A stretch of 63,452 nucleotides of DNA, filler included, from Octopus bimaculoides (lineage: Eukaryota): assembly GCF_001194135.2 (NCBI RefSeq). It is 4 parts of 4 records of this genome, joined end to end, with 100 filler letters (N's around TTAATTAATTAA, not from the genome) between each part and the next. Parts side by side here need not be neighbours in the genome. Positions count along the whole stretch, not along the records: positions 33,621 to 60,931 come from NC_068994.1; 3 more parts are not named here. One strand, written 5' to 3'. Positions 37,940-53,024 of this stretch are shown here, in pieces. The number at the start of each line of letters is the position of its first letter. The first letter of the stretch is position 1. The position numbers were made by a program, and so were the translations under genes. The notes beneath the pieces were generated by a model. That model was not told the DNA's origin and did not search any database. It was given only the letters and a program-made list of their open reading frames with translations.

Positions 37940-40516
37940 GACACAGTGAGAGAGAGAGAAAGAGTGAATGTGCATGTGAGAAAAAGAGACATTGCTAAGT
38001 GTAAATTGAACTTGAGTCACATAAATGCTTTCATTTTCCTCATAAACATAAGGAGAAAAAAGCCCGAATATTAAGACGTTTACTGTTAGATGAGTCAGCG
38101 TCGAATGACTGACGCCAAATAGGCAGCGCCAAAACGGCCGCGCCAAATGTCTCGTTCTCAACATAGCCTGTGATAAATAGAAACATTCTAAATTCTAGGA
38201 GTAACAAGGTAGCAGATTGAGACAATGGTTGACTAGGTGAATGAGTGACGAGAATCTGAAATCAAATTTATTTGGAATATATTCTCTACGACAAACCGAA
38301 GTGATTGGTATACTTAGTGTGATCTGAGTCGAAACTAGATTGAATTACATATTCCATACTACTAGATTAACTAATCTGTGGCCACTGGGTCTGTGATTGA
38401 ACTTCAGCGACATAGTAAATAACCGTGATAGCTAAGCGAAGTGATTGCTAGTCTAATTCCTAAGGCTCGACTAGATTAATCTGGAAAATATTCCTGTCAG
38501 CAAGAGAAAATTATTGCAAAACTAATATTATTAAGCTTCATATTATTATTTTACTGTTACTAATAAACAGTGCAACTACGTAAACGTGACCCAGCTCTGG
38601 AACAAGCAAATGTGATGTAGAGGTCGAGAGTTCATTTCCAGAAGATGAACATTTATAACTCATTAAAGAATTAAATGTGTGAAAGTGTAGTCTGTTGACA
38701 GAAGGAGCCAGCCACACAGTAAGAGATACCTTCTACATTCTATCATTGAATTTGTTCATCTTTCCTACTCTCCTAAGTTTATGGTTCTATATCCATACCT
38801 TGTATAAATATGCAATATTATGTGTGGATGTGTATCTGTGACATAAAATACTTTATAAGCGTAAAAATGTGCATGCCTATATCTATATTAATATGTGTGT
38901 GTGTGTGTATGCGTGTGTTTCTATACATAGAATAAGAGGTTTATGTTTATGTATAGAGAATATATATCATATATTTATTTAATCGTATATAATGTAGTAC
39001 CATTTATAGTTAACGATGCTAACATTATATAACGTAGGAATATTTAAATATGAAGTCATTATATGTGTGTATTTGTGAGTGTGTGTTTGTATGTGTGTGT
39101 GTGTGTGTGTGTATTTGTTGAGTGATGTAGCATCGCTGATGAAACCAAACATATTACGAAACAGCTTCTAAAAATTGGAGTAAACATCTTTTCTAACACT
39201 ACTTTTATGTGGTTAACTCATACATATGTATATATATTCANNNNNNNNNNNNNNNNNNNNNNNNNNNNNNNNNNNNNNNNNNNNNNNNNNNNNNNNNNNN
39301 NNNNNNNNNNNNNNNNNNNNNNNNNNNNNNNNNNNNNNNNNNNNNNNNNNNNNNNNNNNNNNNNNNNNNNNNNNNNNNNNNNNNNNNNNNNNNNNNNNNN
39401 NNNNNNNNNNNNNNNNNNNNNNNNNNNNNNNNNNNNNNNNNNNNNNNNNNNNNNNNNNNNNNNNNNNNNNNNNNNNNNNGTGTGAGAGAGAGGGTGTATA
39501 CGAAAAACTGACCCGGCTCGGGGAATTTTCAAGCTGCAACAAAGAAAAGTTCAGTCAGTGCCCTCATCAGAAGAAATTTGTGTTGCATCATGGAATTCAC
39601 CATTTACCGACTAAGGGAATACTACCAGCCTCAGGCATATATATATATATATATATATATGTTTCTTTATTGGCTACACAGGGTTGACGCACATACATAC
39701 TTATATATATGCAGGTCCCTCAATCACTTTGGAAGGATATTGAAGTGCTGATATATATATACCATACATACATTCATACATATATATATATGAATGTCTA
39801 CCTTTCTCTTTCTCAAAGTACCGTTCAAAATATCCCACCTATTATTCTATTGAAAGTCTTATTGGTAACCACAGGGAATTGGAAGACCTCACATTCTCTC
39901 TAGTTCACTGCAAACATATGATCATTAGAAGCCATTAGCAGGATTCAGAAAGCAGAATATTTTTTAGTGAACTTTGGCTTACACAATTAATGCGCATGGT
40001 TTATTACTGACATAAAATATTTCACGTTTATGGCATTGTCGTGTATAGAGTTCTTTAGTACCAATTCCTTTCAATGCTGTATTGATTTGTTGTAAGTTTA
40101 TACTGCAATGTTAAATGTATAAGTATATTTTCATACATATATGTACATCTATATGCACATAATTCATTGGTCCTAACATGGTTGTGAGGTTAACAAGTTC
40201 CCTTCGCAAATTCTTGCTTTCTGGTTCGATCATGAATATGTTTTGCGCTCCTAAATACTCAGGTTCACTAAAGGTCTACGTGTATGATTTTTCAGGCAAA
40301 TCATATATGGAATCTATATGGAATCCTGTCAGAAGATGGAGGAAGTCATCCATCATCTCGTTTAACATTAACGCCAGATCCTCGCGTTGCTTTAGGGAAG
40401 TTCACTTTCTTTGTAAGTGTTCAGGCGAGATGTTCGATTTAAGGACAATATTCTCGTTTTCTCACAAGAGTTTCGAAGACAAGAATCAAGAATAATGCAT
40501 TTACTACGCCATTAAA

Positions 40517-40570
<54 letters not shown>

Positions 40571-40915
40571 ATGTATGTGTGTGTGTGTGTGTGCGTGTGT
40601 GTGTGTGTGTGTATGTATATACATACATGTATAAATGCATATGTATATGCATATGTATATGTAAATGTGTGGATGTGTTTGTATGCGTATTTTATACATA
40701 TATATATATATAAATATTTATATATATATATATATTTCCAAATTTACCATTCCTCTCTTTATCTTTTTATATATTTATACATACACACGCTAATACACGA
40801 CTTATAATCCCTAATCCTGTTCATACAACGACTAGGGCAAAACTAGTCGGTATACAGCACTTACTCGGTATTACCTGTATCTTTTTGGGTTTGGTTAAAT
40901 CCAATACCCTCCTCA

Positions 40916-41027
<112 letters not shown>

Positions 41028-41275
41028 TAGAGAGAGAGATAGAGATAGATAGATAGATAGATACATACATACATACATACATACATACATACATACATAC
41101 ATACATACATACATACATACATACATACATACATAGGTGAATGTATGAACGTGTATATATAAATATGCATCAGTATATTTGTTCGTGAATGTATATAGGG
41201 AGAGATAGAGAAATAGGTAAGTGCATATATACGTACATAATATTTACATATATATATAAGTATATATGTATACAT

Positions 41276-41314
<39 letters not shown>

Positions 41315-41599
41315 CACATATATACATATACCTATATATATACATATGCCTATGCATATATAGATACATTCGTTCATCGATAAACAACACATATCTTCAT
41401 ATAGACGTTTACTTATGCTTATATACAGATATGCAAACACACTTAACGAGCTATTAGTCCAGTAATTTCTCTTGTTATTGTTGTTATTATTATAACCATC
41501 ACCATCACCATCACCATCACCATCACCATCATGATCAGACATATCTTTCTTTGGAGCGGCCATTTGAAAGAATCGCGAGACTACCAGAGAATACATTCT

Positions 41600-44500
41600 T
41601 GCAATATTTAGTCGCTCATTATATTCTAAATTCAAATCCCTCTGAAATCGACTTCATTTTCCTCCTTCTGGTATCGATAAAATAAAAACAGATGTAGTTT
41701 TGAGATCGATTTTATCGATTACTCCCATCACAAAAAATATTTGGACTTGTGCCAGAGTTCATTGTTGCTATTATTCTTTTGTACTGCAAAACGGTAAACA
41801 GGCAGAGAAGTTAGCGCGCTGGACATAATGCTTAGCGGCATTCGCTTCATCTTCGTTTTCTGGGTTCAAATTCCGCTGATGTCGATTTTTGCCTTTTATC
41901 CTTTCGTAGTCAAAAAACTAAGTATCAGTTGACTACTGGGGTCGCTGTAGCCCTAACCCTAATCCTAACTTCTCCTCAAAAAAATTTCAGGCCATGCGTT
42001 TATTGTAGAAAGGGTCAGGTAGTACAGCAAGGCAGCGAGATGGCAGGATGTTTATCTCGGCGGACACAACGCGCCGCCAGGAATCGAGCTCACGGCTCTA
42101 CGATTGTGAGCTGAACACCCTAAGTCATATGCCTTCAAATGTATGTGTGTGTGTATATATATATACAGACACACACATACAAACATACATACATATACAT
42201 GCACATATGCATGTATATATGTATGTGTGTGTATGTTCGTATGTATGTATGCATGTATGTATGTATATATATATATATGTATGTGTATGTGTGTGTGTTA
42301 GTGATATAAAACTAAAATATTTTAATGTCAGTAATGAAAAAAATATGCATTAATCACGTCCCAGAGAAGAAAGATGGAGTTCACAAAAATATCACTCACC
42401 TTTTAAGAAAGATCTCAAGGGACGAAGAAAATTCTCAAATCAATTAGAATGGTGAACTACCAATCAAGAGAATAATCGAACGACAAAAATTACCAATGCC
42501 AATCACAGAACAAGGTGTAGAAACCATAAAAATCAATTCTAAAATTTATAAAGTTTTCTGCAATTTAAGAAGTAAAAAATGTTCTTTTTATTTAAAAAAA
42601 TAAATAGAAGAATTGCTTACAGCCAGGTTTGCGGGCAAATTTTATCACTGCATAATTTCATCAGGTGTTGGGAAGCCATCAATTAGATCGACATAAAATA
42701 AGCTGGTGTAATTGGAGCCCTCAACGCGAGAAAATGCACAAGTGTTTTAGTTACAATTGAACAATTGAAAAATTCTCTGATGAAATCACTTCAGATGTTT
42801 CTGTAAAGCGTTTTTGAAACGTTTTNNNNNNNNNNNNNNNNNNNNNNNNNNNNNNNNNNNNNNNNNNNCCCCCCCCGCCAGCCATATCGAAAACTAGTAA
42901 AAGTCGTATGCTCTCTTAAGCAAGAGAGCAGGACAAAGGCTAAGATATAGTGGTTCGTTCTTATTTTTATTTCGTATATCATGGAACGAATTACCAGAGG
43001 GAAACTTCTTTTTAGGTTCTTTGTATAGACTCTTGTACTCAGAAGGTACTCAACACGGTTTCCTCTTAATCGGATGCTGGGTAACACTGCTACTGCAGCA
43101 TCGCAGAAGATCACTAGATTAGTTGTCTAGCCAGTGTTTAGTTGTTGCTGATGTTGTTGTTGCTGCTGCTGCCTTACTGCTGCTATTGCTACTATTGCTG
43201 CCGTTGCTACTGCTGCTGCTGTTGCTACCTTACTAGTCCAGAGAAATATTTGAAACACCCATTCATCCTATATTCAAGAACTGAGAGACTGCTGGTGTGG
43301 TGGAGGATTGGAGAAGAAGTGATCCTCACACTGGAGTTCTGGCTCGAATGACTGCGACAGAATGGACTCCGTTCAAGGCACCAAAACATCTGGTGATTGT
43401 GTTAAACTCTGTGCCATATCAAGTCTGCTACACAGGAACGAGATCTCTCTCTCTCTCTCTATCTTTTAGACAGCCTTGCCAGAAAGATTCCACCTATCAC
43501 ATTTCACTCGTAAGACTTTCATCGACTTAAATCCATGCTAGACTTTCCCAAAGCACCTTGCAAGGGGAAGATTGAATCCGGAACCACGTACTTAGGGAGT
43601 GAAAGCTTTAGTCGTGCAGCTCCGCGGGCACCCGAATGTAGTTGTGGAAAACTTGGAATTTGCAAAGTTTGGGTGCGTTTTTTTAAAATCTTTGACGAAG
43701 TTATTCATGAAACAATATCTCATTGTGATGGTCACGGCATATTTAAAAAAACTGGGAATGATGTTATATGACTTTTTGAATGACACAGCTCAGTGTGTTG
43801 GAGCGAATGAAGGCGGTGAGCTGGTAGTATCGTTAGCACGCCGGTCAAAATATTTAGCGGAATTTCGTCCGTCTTTATGTTCTGACTTTCAATTCCGTCG
43901 AGGTCGACTTTACCGTCTGGGGTCAATAAAGTAAGTACCAGTTTAATAGAGGGGTCAATGTCATCGGCTTACCCCAACCCTAAAATTGCTGGCCTTGTGC
44001 TAAAATTTAAAACCAATATGTTCGAGCAAACGGTGTTCTCTTGGATAGTTTGTTGATAGAATATTAGATGTCTATGGGAAATGTGCTCAAACTATTACTG
44101 TTCATATGAGTTTACTCACATATATTCTTGACAGTCACTAAACTCAACCCTCAGTAACATTGATGATTCCGTGATACGAAAGTCAATCAAATGCCTTTAT
44201 AATATCAAAAGCATACAGAAAGACCACGGTGTTCTATATAGGAGGACAATATGGGTACAATGCAAACGTGGGCAAGCATCAATTAATAGAATACCAATAC
44301 ACACAACTCATTAAAAAATATGGATACACAACGCCAGGAGAATATGCAGCCCGACAGTCATAATCTGCAGCAGACATCATCGCAATTATGAATATTGGTT
44401 TTGTGGAAAACTAAAGTGGGCATTGCGATTCAAATATACATAGACTTTTAAAGCGCCAATATCCAGCAATCGTCATCGACTATTATAATTTTAATTATAA

Positions 44501-44875
44501 TCACTAATGTCGATTGTCAGAATTGTTATCACACCGAACAAAATACTTCACTACACTTCCACCGGTTTATGTTCTCAGTTCAAATTCTGCCGTGATCTGA
44601 CTTTGATATTCATAATTTCGAGATCGATAAAATAAGTACTAGTTAAGCACTAGGTTCGATGTAATCGACTAGCAAACTCCCCTAAAATTTCAGGCGCAGC
44701 TCGTATTGTAGCAAAGAGTATTAATAATACATTTATAAGAAAGAGCAGAATTTTCAAATCATAAAGAATATATCTATAAAGGATATGTCAAAATTTGAGA
44801 TCAATATATGTATGAACGAATGTATGTATGTATGACTTTGTCTTTAATTTTCGCTTTGGACTTTATATATAAGTG

Positions 44876-44906
<31 letters not shown>

Positions 44907-44916
44907 GTTTGTGTAT

Positions 44917-44977
<61 letters not shown>

Positions 44978-45257
44978 TATATACGTATAAATCTATGTAA
45001 TCACAAATGTGTGTGAGTATTTATATGTGTAAGTATGTATGTACGCATGTATGAGTTTTTAACGACCTCACCTTCTTATCAAATAGCAAATAACAGAAAT
45101 AACAGACATCTATTTGGTGGAAAGACGGAAGAAAGAGAAAAATAAATGCGAGACGACCAAGATAAATTGTCGGAGTTATTCGAAGTTATTCTGGTTGTAT
45201 TTTAGGAGTTATCATGTACGTAGACTATATCTATATCTGTATCTATCTATCTGTCTG

Positions 45258-45318
<61 letters not shown>

Positions 45319-45705
45319 ATGTTTGTCTGTCTGTCTCACGATCTATTTATCTATCTGTCTGTCTTTAAACATGCATATATATATATATATATTTACTTAA
45401 GTATGGTGAACACAAAAAGCAGCTTTCAAACTTAGGTCAGCAGAAAAAAGTTAGAATTTGTTGGTCAGTGTTAATTTCATCCTCGAAGGCGACGAGCTGG
45501 CAGAATGGTAAACACGCCAGGCGAAATATTTAGCGGTATTTCGTCTGTCTTTACGTTCCCATTCCACATTCCGTGGAGGTCTACTTTGCTTTTCGTCCTT
45601 TTGGGGGTCGATAAAATAAGTACAATTTGAGGACTGGGGTCGATGTAATCGACTTAACCCTCCCCCAAATTTCAGGCCTTGTGCCTATTGTAGAAAGGAT
45701 TATTT
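41600..45705 (+). mobile_element. Dispersed MetaSINE-like copies at ~41600-41760, 41795-42015, 43810-44020, 44515-44720 and 45485-45705
   Basis: Head, Meta and tail modules are present. The intervening DNA is microsatellite and unclassified sequence. Confidence 0.75.
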
Positions 45706-46379
45706 TCATCTTCCAGCCGTTTGTAGATTCAGCTTGCCAGACAGTTGTTTTTGCAACTTCATAATAATATTTCTATTCAGCAGTTGAGCAGATGAGAAGA
45801 TACAAATTTGTATTTAGTACATTTTTTCCAATCGTGACAGCGTCGTCACAAAGCTATAAGAACCAGCTAATATTGTCATAAACTACAGAGATTTTCTCTC
45901 CCAATGTGTATAAATTGTTGTTTATGTTCTTCATTCAAAGACCAAATACTATGTGCAGTAAATGAAGCTCCTGTTAATTGTTCGCGTGTCTTGTTCATCA
46001 TATACACGCAACCAGTAATCCAATACAAGTACCATAGAAGCACCAGCGACAAATGTACGTCTTGCGTGACTTTGCGCCTTTCTAAGTCTAAACATTTCAG
46101 CATTTTTCATCATACAAATTTTTCGATTATTGAAATTTATTTAAATTTGTTTTCAATCTATTTTCTTTTTTCCTTTTTCTTTTAACCATCATCGTTAAAT
46201 CATTAATTTATGAATTTCCTCATTTCTTAATTGACATTATATCTTTTCAGATCGAAAATGATTTCAATATAGAGTCCTGTATATCCCACTTAGTTACAAA
46301 GAGTTATGTAGCTGCGGCATCCACCTCGAGAAAGCATTTCATACAGACGTATACTTCTAAAAAGAACCATCTTTCTGTA

Positions 46380-46415
<36 letters not shown>

Positions 46416-46453
46416 CGTCCATCCGTCTGTTTATCTATCTAAATATCGGTATG

Positions 46454-46527
<74 letters not shown>

Positions 46528-46544
46528 AGTGTGTGTATATGTTT

Positions 46545-46740
46545 GTGTGTCTGTGTTTGTACCCCCAACATTGCTTGACGTCCGATGCTGGTGTGTTTAC
46601 GTCCCCGTAAATTAGCGGTTCGGCAAAAGAGAGCGATAGAATAAGTACTAGGCTTACAAAGAATAAGTCCTGGGGTCAATTTGCTCGACTAAAGGCGGTG
46701 CTCCAGCATGGCCACAGTCAAATGACTGAAACAAGTAAAA
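46545..46740 (+). mobile_element. 3' half of a CORE-like SINE, followed by (GATA)n
   Basis: gtccccgtaaattagcggttcggcaaaagagagcgatagaataagtact...ggtgctccagcatggccacagtcaaatgactgaaacaagtaaaag. Confidence 0.8.
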
Positions 46741-46741
46741 G

Positions 46742-46813
<72 letters not shown>

Positions 46814-47537
46814 CCAGTACTTTCATCCTCCGATACTGACTTGTTCAGTTCGGCCTCCGATTTTATGATCTATGATTCGTGAATTATCAGTAATTGTTAG
46901 GTATCACGTTGAACCGAATTAAATGGCTTGGGTGTCCCTAATATCAGCGCCAATCGTGCAATTTAAATAGATTCAATCGATTTAATCTACCTCTTTATCA
47001 ATTTCATTCCTTGTTCACATACAAGAAGTCAGTATTTGATATGTTTACATATATCTATTTAGCCATACTTGTCTGTGAGTGTCTACACAGATATTTGAGT
47101 AGGTAAATTTGTGATTAAGTAGGAATTACCTAGAGGCACGCTCGCACGCACACACACACATACACACACATGCATACATATATGTATATATGTATGTGTA
47201 TATGTGTATATATATATATGTGTTTGTGTATATATATATACAAACACACATACATATATATAAATTGATAAACGTAACCTATATATACAGTTATAGTGTC
47301 TATTTGTGAATGATATATGCGCATATAGAACATAACAAACACACACACATATATATATAAATATAATCACATATATGTTTATATACATACGTATATATAT
47401 ATATGTGTGTGTGTGTGTGTATGCATGTATGTATGCATATGAGTGTATATGTACGCATAGAGAATTCTTAATTACATATATAATTCTTACTTAATCAGAA
47501 ACAAACATATATTCGAATATATATGTGCGTGTGTGTG

Positions 47538-47590
<53 letters not shown>

Positions 47591-47896
47591 TAAATACATA
47601 TGTATATATGAATATATATAGATATATACATACGTATATATGTATGTATGTAAGTATATGTATTATATACTTATAAATGTAGGTATATCTGTATGTATGT
47701 ATATGAGCGTGTGTGTATGCATACACACTTTTTAATTACATATATAATCCTTACTTAATCAGACACAGAAACAAATATTTTAATATGTACGTGTGTACGT
47801 ATGCATATATATCTGTGTATATATGCATATGTATATATATATATATGCGTGTGTGTGTGCATGTGTATGTATAATTACAGACATACACACACAACG

Positions 47897-47950
<54 letters not shown>

Positions 47951-48480
47951 TATAGACACGCCAATACGAGATGGCAGAGAGGAAGCATAACACGCTTGGT
48001 TAAAAACAAAGTTTAGTAATATCCATAGTAATGTTAGTGTTGTCAAGCATCACTGCACAGATAAGCAGATTAAATGTGCAAAAGATGGTTTTATCAAGCG
48101 GAACATTTACACAAACTCACGAATCGAACCTACACCCTTGCCACCCACACAGCAAAATAGAGATTCGACGAAATCGGCAATAGTTTCCATTATGTTTCAC
48201 GCCATGGTCACCCATGCAAGGAAGTTGACGGTTTTAATCGATCGATGTAATCGATATAATCAGTATTAAATCGTTATATTTATCTCTTGGTCTGGTTATC
48301 GATTTGCTTGACTATCTGTCGGATTGTCGTACAATATACGGCTGACTGTCTGACCGAATCTCTTATTCTCGGTAGCTCTCTATCTCTCTCTCCAGCTCTC
48401 GTTCTCTCTTATTCTCTCTCTCTCTCCCTCTCTCTCTTTCCATTTCATTAATTTTCCTTTCTCTTACTCTCCTTTGTGTT

Positions 48481-48589
<109 letters not shown>

Positions 48590-49059
48590 TCTAACGATTC
48601 TGCCATCTCGCCACTTTCATTTCGATAATTAGATATTAATAGGAATTGTATAAAAATTGTCAAAATAATTTATATATTGTAGAAGTATATCCAATTTATT
48701 GCACATAAACTTTAGCAACAAAATCTTTTATGTAACGCCAAAGGTCAGGTGGACCCTGTTGAGAACCACTGCATTAGAACGTCACACAAAACACCTTTCG
48801 GCATTTCTTTATTTTCTGAGTTCAGTTCTCGCTGGGTTTAACTTTTGTTTTTTCTTTGTGGGGTCGATGAAATGAAGTATCATTCAATTATTGAGGTCAA
48901 TTTAATCGACTAACCTTTCCCTCAAAATTGCTGGTCTTGTGACTAAATTAGAAACTAATTTGAAAAGTATTTATTCTATTCAGAACAATATAGAAATATA
49001 ATGGAAACCTCTCGTATTCCCAGAAACAAGGCTCTGTAATTCCTTGCTGTACAATCCGC

Positions 49060-49310
49060 TCACATGATTTGTTTATAGTTATCAAATGTTTGTGCAGTAC
49101 ATAAGCTTTCTCCCTTCAGGTACACGCTGTACCAAACGTCGGGTGTCGAAGAGACTGCTAATGAACATGCGATGAAGTGTTTTGCTCAAGAACATAACAC
49201 ACCTCTCGGTTCGAGATTTGTGCTTTGTTCAAGAACACAACACACCACCCGATCCAAGGATTGAAACCACGATCTCAGGATCATGAGTGCAACACCTTAA
49301 CCACCTAAGA
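49060..49310 (-). mobile_element. tRNA-derived SINE of the 16443 family
   Basis: The minus head gtggttaaggtgttgcactcatgatcctgagatcgtggtttcaatcc matches 16443. Confidence 0.65.
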
Positions 49311-50460
49311 ATATAGGTTTTATTCGACAGTACGATTTCTTTGTAGAAGCAAATTTCAGTAAATAAAATCGTTTGCTTTCTTTCGGCTTATACTTTCAAA
49401 TTTGCCTTTTTCTCAACTCTTGATAATACAAAATACACATCACAATGTTTGAAGAACTCCGTTGATAGATATATTCTGATCTGTTCAATTATCTGCTCAT
49501 GCGCCTTGTTTGCATGTCAAAGCATGATAAGAAATTGCGAGTGAAGTAAAAAAGGAATTCAATCTCTTGAGACACATGATATGCTTCGTATTAGTAGATT
49601 GATTCCAGAATCGGGATCCAAAGCCACATCAGCTTCGATAACATATCTATGAAGACTTATGGCGATGTCTTATGTTTTAGTTGTAGGTGTTATGACAGAG
49701 TCTCAAAAGCATGATGCAACTCTATTTTGAGAATATGACGTGGAAACGTTGATATCTTGTGAGTTAATTCAACACGATAAACTGCATTACAGACGATATA
49801 TGCTATAGATGAGCTTTTATGGAATCTGTCGTTGATTTATTTACACTCTGTGTTGAAGCAGTTGTTGAAAGGATAATAATTTAGTAAGCCGTACTTGCAA
49901 CATTCATATATGAAAAGAAAATCGCAAATTTTGAGATAAATTACCATAGTTTTGGGAAAAGAAAATTAGCTGAGTAATTTTTAATACACATCCTGGATTC
50001 ATTAGGAATGCTATCGTTGTTTTTTTTTTGTTTTTGTTTTTTTCACATTATGGAGAAATTACTTTGCAATGTCTATTTATTTTCAATAAGGTTTCGTTGA
50101 ATGGTAGTCAATTCCATTGTTTTGTCATCATCCCTGCACCACCACCCACCAAAAAAAATGATCTCTTAAGTGTGACCTCAACAAAATATAGCTGTGCAGC
50201 ACAATGCACGTCTGTAAGACTGTAATTCCACTAAACAGGCAGGAAATACAGTTAAAACATAAAATGGCTTGTCGCACTCACGTAGAGCTTTTAAACACAT
50301 ATCAGAACATCAAAGTAACGTTGGAAACTCATTCTTTTATATTCAAGAAACGAAAGGAATTTTCAGCTACAAGTGTTTTCCCGAATGGCTTTTGATAACT
50401 ATTTGAATAAAGACAATTTGCCCTTATCTCTGGCATAAATTAACTTAGGATATCAAACTG

Positions 50461-50700
50461 TCAAGATGGAATATGAATAATGCAGGATAAGATTACCTTA
50501 AGCAACTTTGGATTGATATCAGGGATCTCGCAGTGAACTATATGATTAATGACATCAGCAGTTTTCCGTTTATCTTCATTTATTACCAGCTGAATATGAG
50601 TATGGTTAAGCCTTCGTTTATGCCTCTCAATAGTAGAAGAATGAGCCTCAAGTTTTCCTGTGGCATTCTTCAAAACTGGGTGACAACAGGTTCGAGGTAA
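50461..50700 (-). mobile_element. Helitron Rep (HUH nuclease) relic; may extend in decayed form to ~49450
   Basis: The ORF segment GKLEAHSSTIERHKRRLNHTHIQLVINEDKRKTADVINHIVHCEIPDINPKLLKVILSCIIH aligns with the Helitron consensus GKV.AY.Y.IEFQKRGLPHAHILL....D......ID..V.AEIPD...P.L...V...MIHGPC. Confidence 0.7.
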
Positions 50701-50714
50701 CATTTGCAAAGGAA

Positions 50715-51280
50715 ACTTTTACAAGTGTTGTGGAATCGAGAAAGCTTTGACCTCAATTTAATGTTAACATTATGACCATTTATAATCATTTGATTGAGCT
50801 TGGATGTTTCACACTCAGGAAAATCGGTTCCTCGTGCTCTTTTGGCAACAAATCGTCAACAAAGTGTCGACTGCAATAAATTGTTCCATACACGTAAATC
50901 CCAGGCTCTGTTTTGCCCCATTTTTACAGCCATATTAAGTACTGTAGACAGTGAGTAAGCCCGAATTGAAAGAAAAAAGAACCTGTACAATATCCATGAG
51001 GTGAACTGCACCCAAAAGGTTTTATTGAGTATTCAGTGGGATATGGAAGGAATTATTCAGTATAGGTTTTTACGGCCGAATCAACAAATCACTTCTGAAG
51101 TCTTCTGTCAGCATATTCAACGCTTTTGCTCAGAAAACTTCCCGCATTAATGAACACGACTTCACGCCGCACAAGTCACTGAAAATGCTCTAGAATCGTC
51201 CAGGTAAAAACAAATTTTATATGTTCCATATTCTCCAAACCTCGCTCCATCAGACTTATATTTATTCAGATGCTTGCTAA
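50715..51280 (+). mobile_element. Decayed mariner (DD34D-type) transposase fragment
   Basis: Frameshifted segments TIYNHLIELG, SVPRALLATNRQQ (WVPHEL region), ELHPK/KVLLSIQWDMEGIIQY and PYSPNLAPSDLYLF (YSPDLAPSD motif). Confidence 0.85.
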
Positions 51281-52906
51281 CCTATATAGACAGGAATAAG
51301 GATAGCCAGCAGGGAAGACAGAGAAAATAAAAGAAATACGTATTTTAATTCAAATCCCACGCAATTCTCTCAAATCAGACGTTCCAAAACATACACAAAG
51401 GTAGAGCGAAATGATAGAAAGTAGAGGAAATTAAAAATATGATTAAATTTACGTTAATAACTATCATGTTTGTATGCACACAAATACTACAAGTCGGACA
51501 GAACTTTCTATTCAACCTGATAATTTATTAAGAGTAAATATCATATATAAATGTTTAGTAATTTGCTGTGTTTAGAAGACAAGCATGGAAGCAGATTTTG
51601 TTGTCCTTCCTGGAGTTTGGTCGTACAAATTACAATTATATATCATACAAAATGTATATGGCATTATATATATATTGGCATACCTATGTGTATATAAAAC
51701 TTTCGTCATTAATTTTCAATAAAATAATTACGAGTGGTTTTGATGTACAGTTGGCAGGAAATATTGATAAAACTACGCAGAGGTAGTAATATGTATTTTT
51801 GTGAATAAAACTATTTTTTTCCATGTTGTTTTCTATGCAGATTATTCATTCAGAGATAAAATCACACACCAGCCTATATTCGACATTGATTTTTGGCAAA
51901 TATTTTTTTTTTCACAATCATTTACTCCCTACAGGACTATTCTATTATATTAGTTTTTCTTCTATTTCCTACACAAATCATGGAAGAACTGATAACCAAT
52001 AGCGTATCTATCGCGCGCTGTGCGTGTGTGTCTGTCTGTGTGTTGTAATTAATTTTTCTATCGAGAACTATTTATGACAGACAGCTCAGTAACACACAAA
52101 CAATTGTTACTGAAAAGCTTGGACGAAGATTTCGATTTTAGCAAAGTAAACTTGAGCAGGCTGGACTGTTGCAGAGTGTGCCACTTGGCCACTATCTGCT
52201 TTCCAAAAACAAAAGGTACGCTAAAGAAGACTGGGTTTCAAAACTACGATCTCCTTAATGGACGCAGCTCTCATGTATGTGGAATTTCCTTTGAAGAGAT
52301 ATACTTGATAATACCCACCACACGCCGACGTGATAACCAAACCGGCATTTATAAAATAAATTATGTAACTTCAATGTGATGTATGAAAGCACTTGGCCCC
52401 TCTAATTTTTTTACTATAGGGCATAGGAGACAACTTCATATGAAGTTTCTTTTCAACAAGCTATCTATTGCTAGACACTCGTTGATCTCATGTTGGGTTC
52501 ATCAGAGCCTCTATTCTCTTCGTGCTGGTTTTCTAGACCATCCTAACAAGAAAACATGAGTGATATTTACTCACTGATGAACGGACTATGTTATACTAAA
52601 TGAGTAACATTCACAGCAAATTTACTTTCTACAGACACACATACATATACACAAACACACAACACGTATACATATACAAAACACACACACACACACATAT
52701 AAGCATGTATATGTGTATGTACATCTCTGTCAATTCATCTGTGTCTTTATTTATTAAATATATACCGCCTTCTGATATATATATACATGTACTGTTCCTG
52801 GCTTTCAGGGTATGCGAAAGGCCTGGTTGGAGGCCTACCGTCCGAGTTTTTTCAGGAAAATTTTGTATTCTCTTTTACCCAAAGTCAGGAACTTTTCAGC
52901 ACCTTC

Positions 52907-52975
<69 letters not shown>

Positions 52976-53024
52976 CATGTGTGTGAGTGAGTGTGTGTGC
53001 GTATGTATATGTATACATGTAGAT

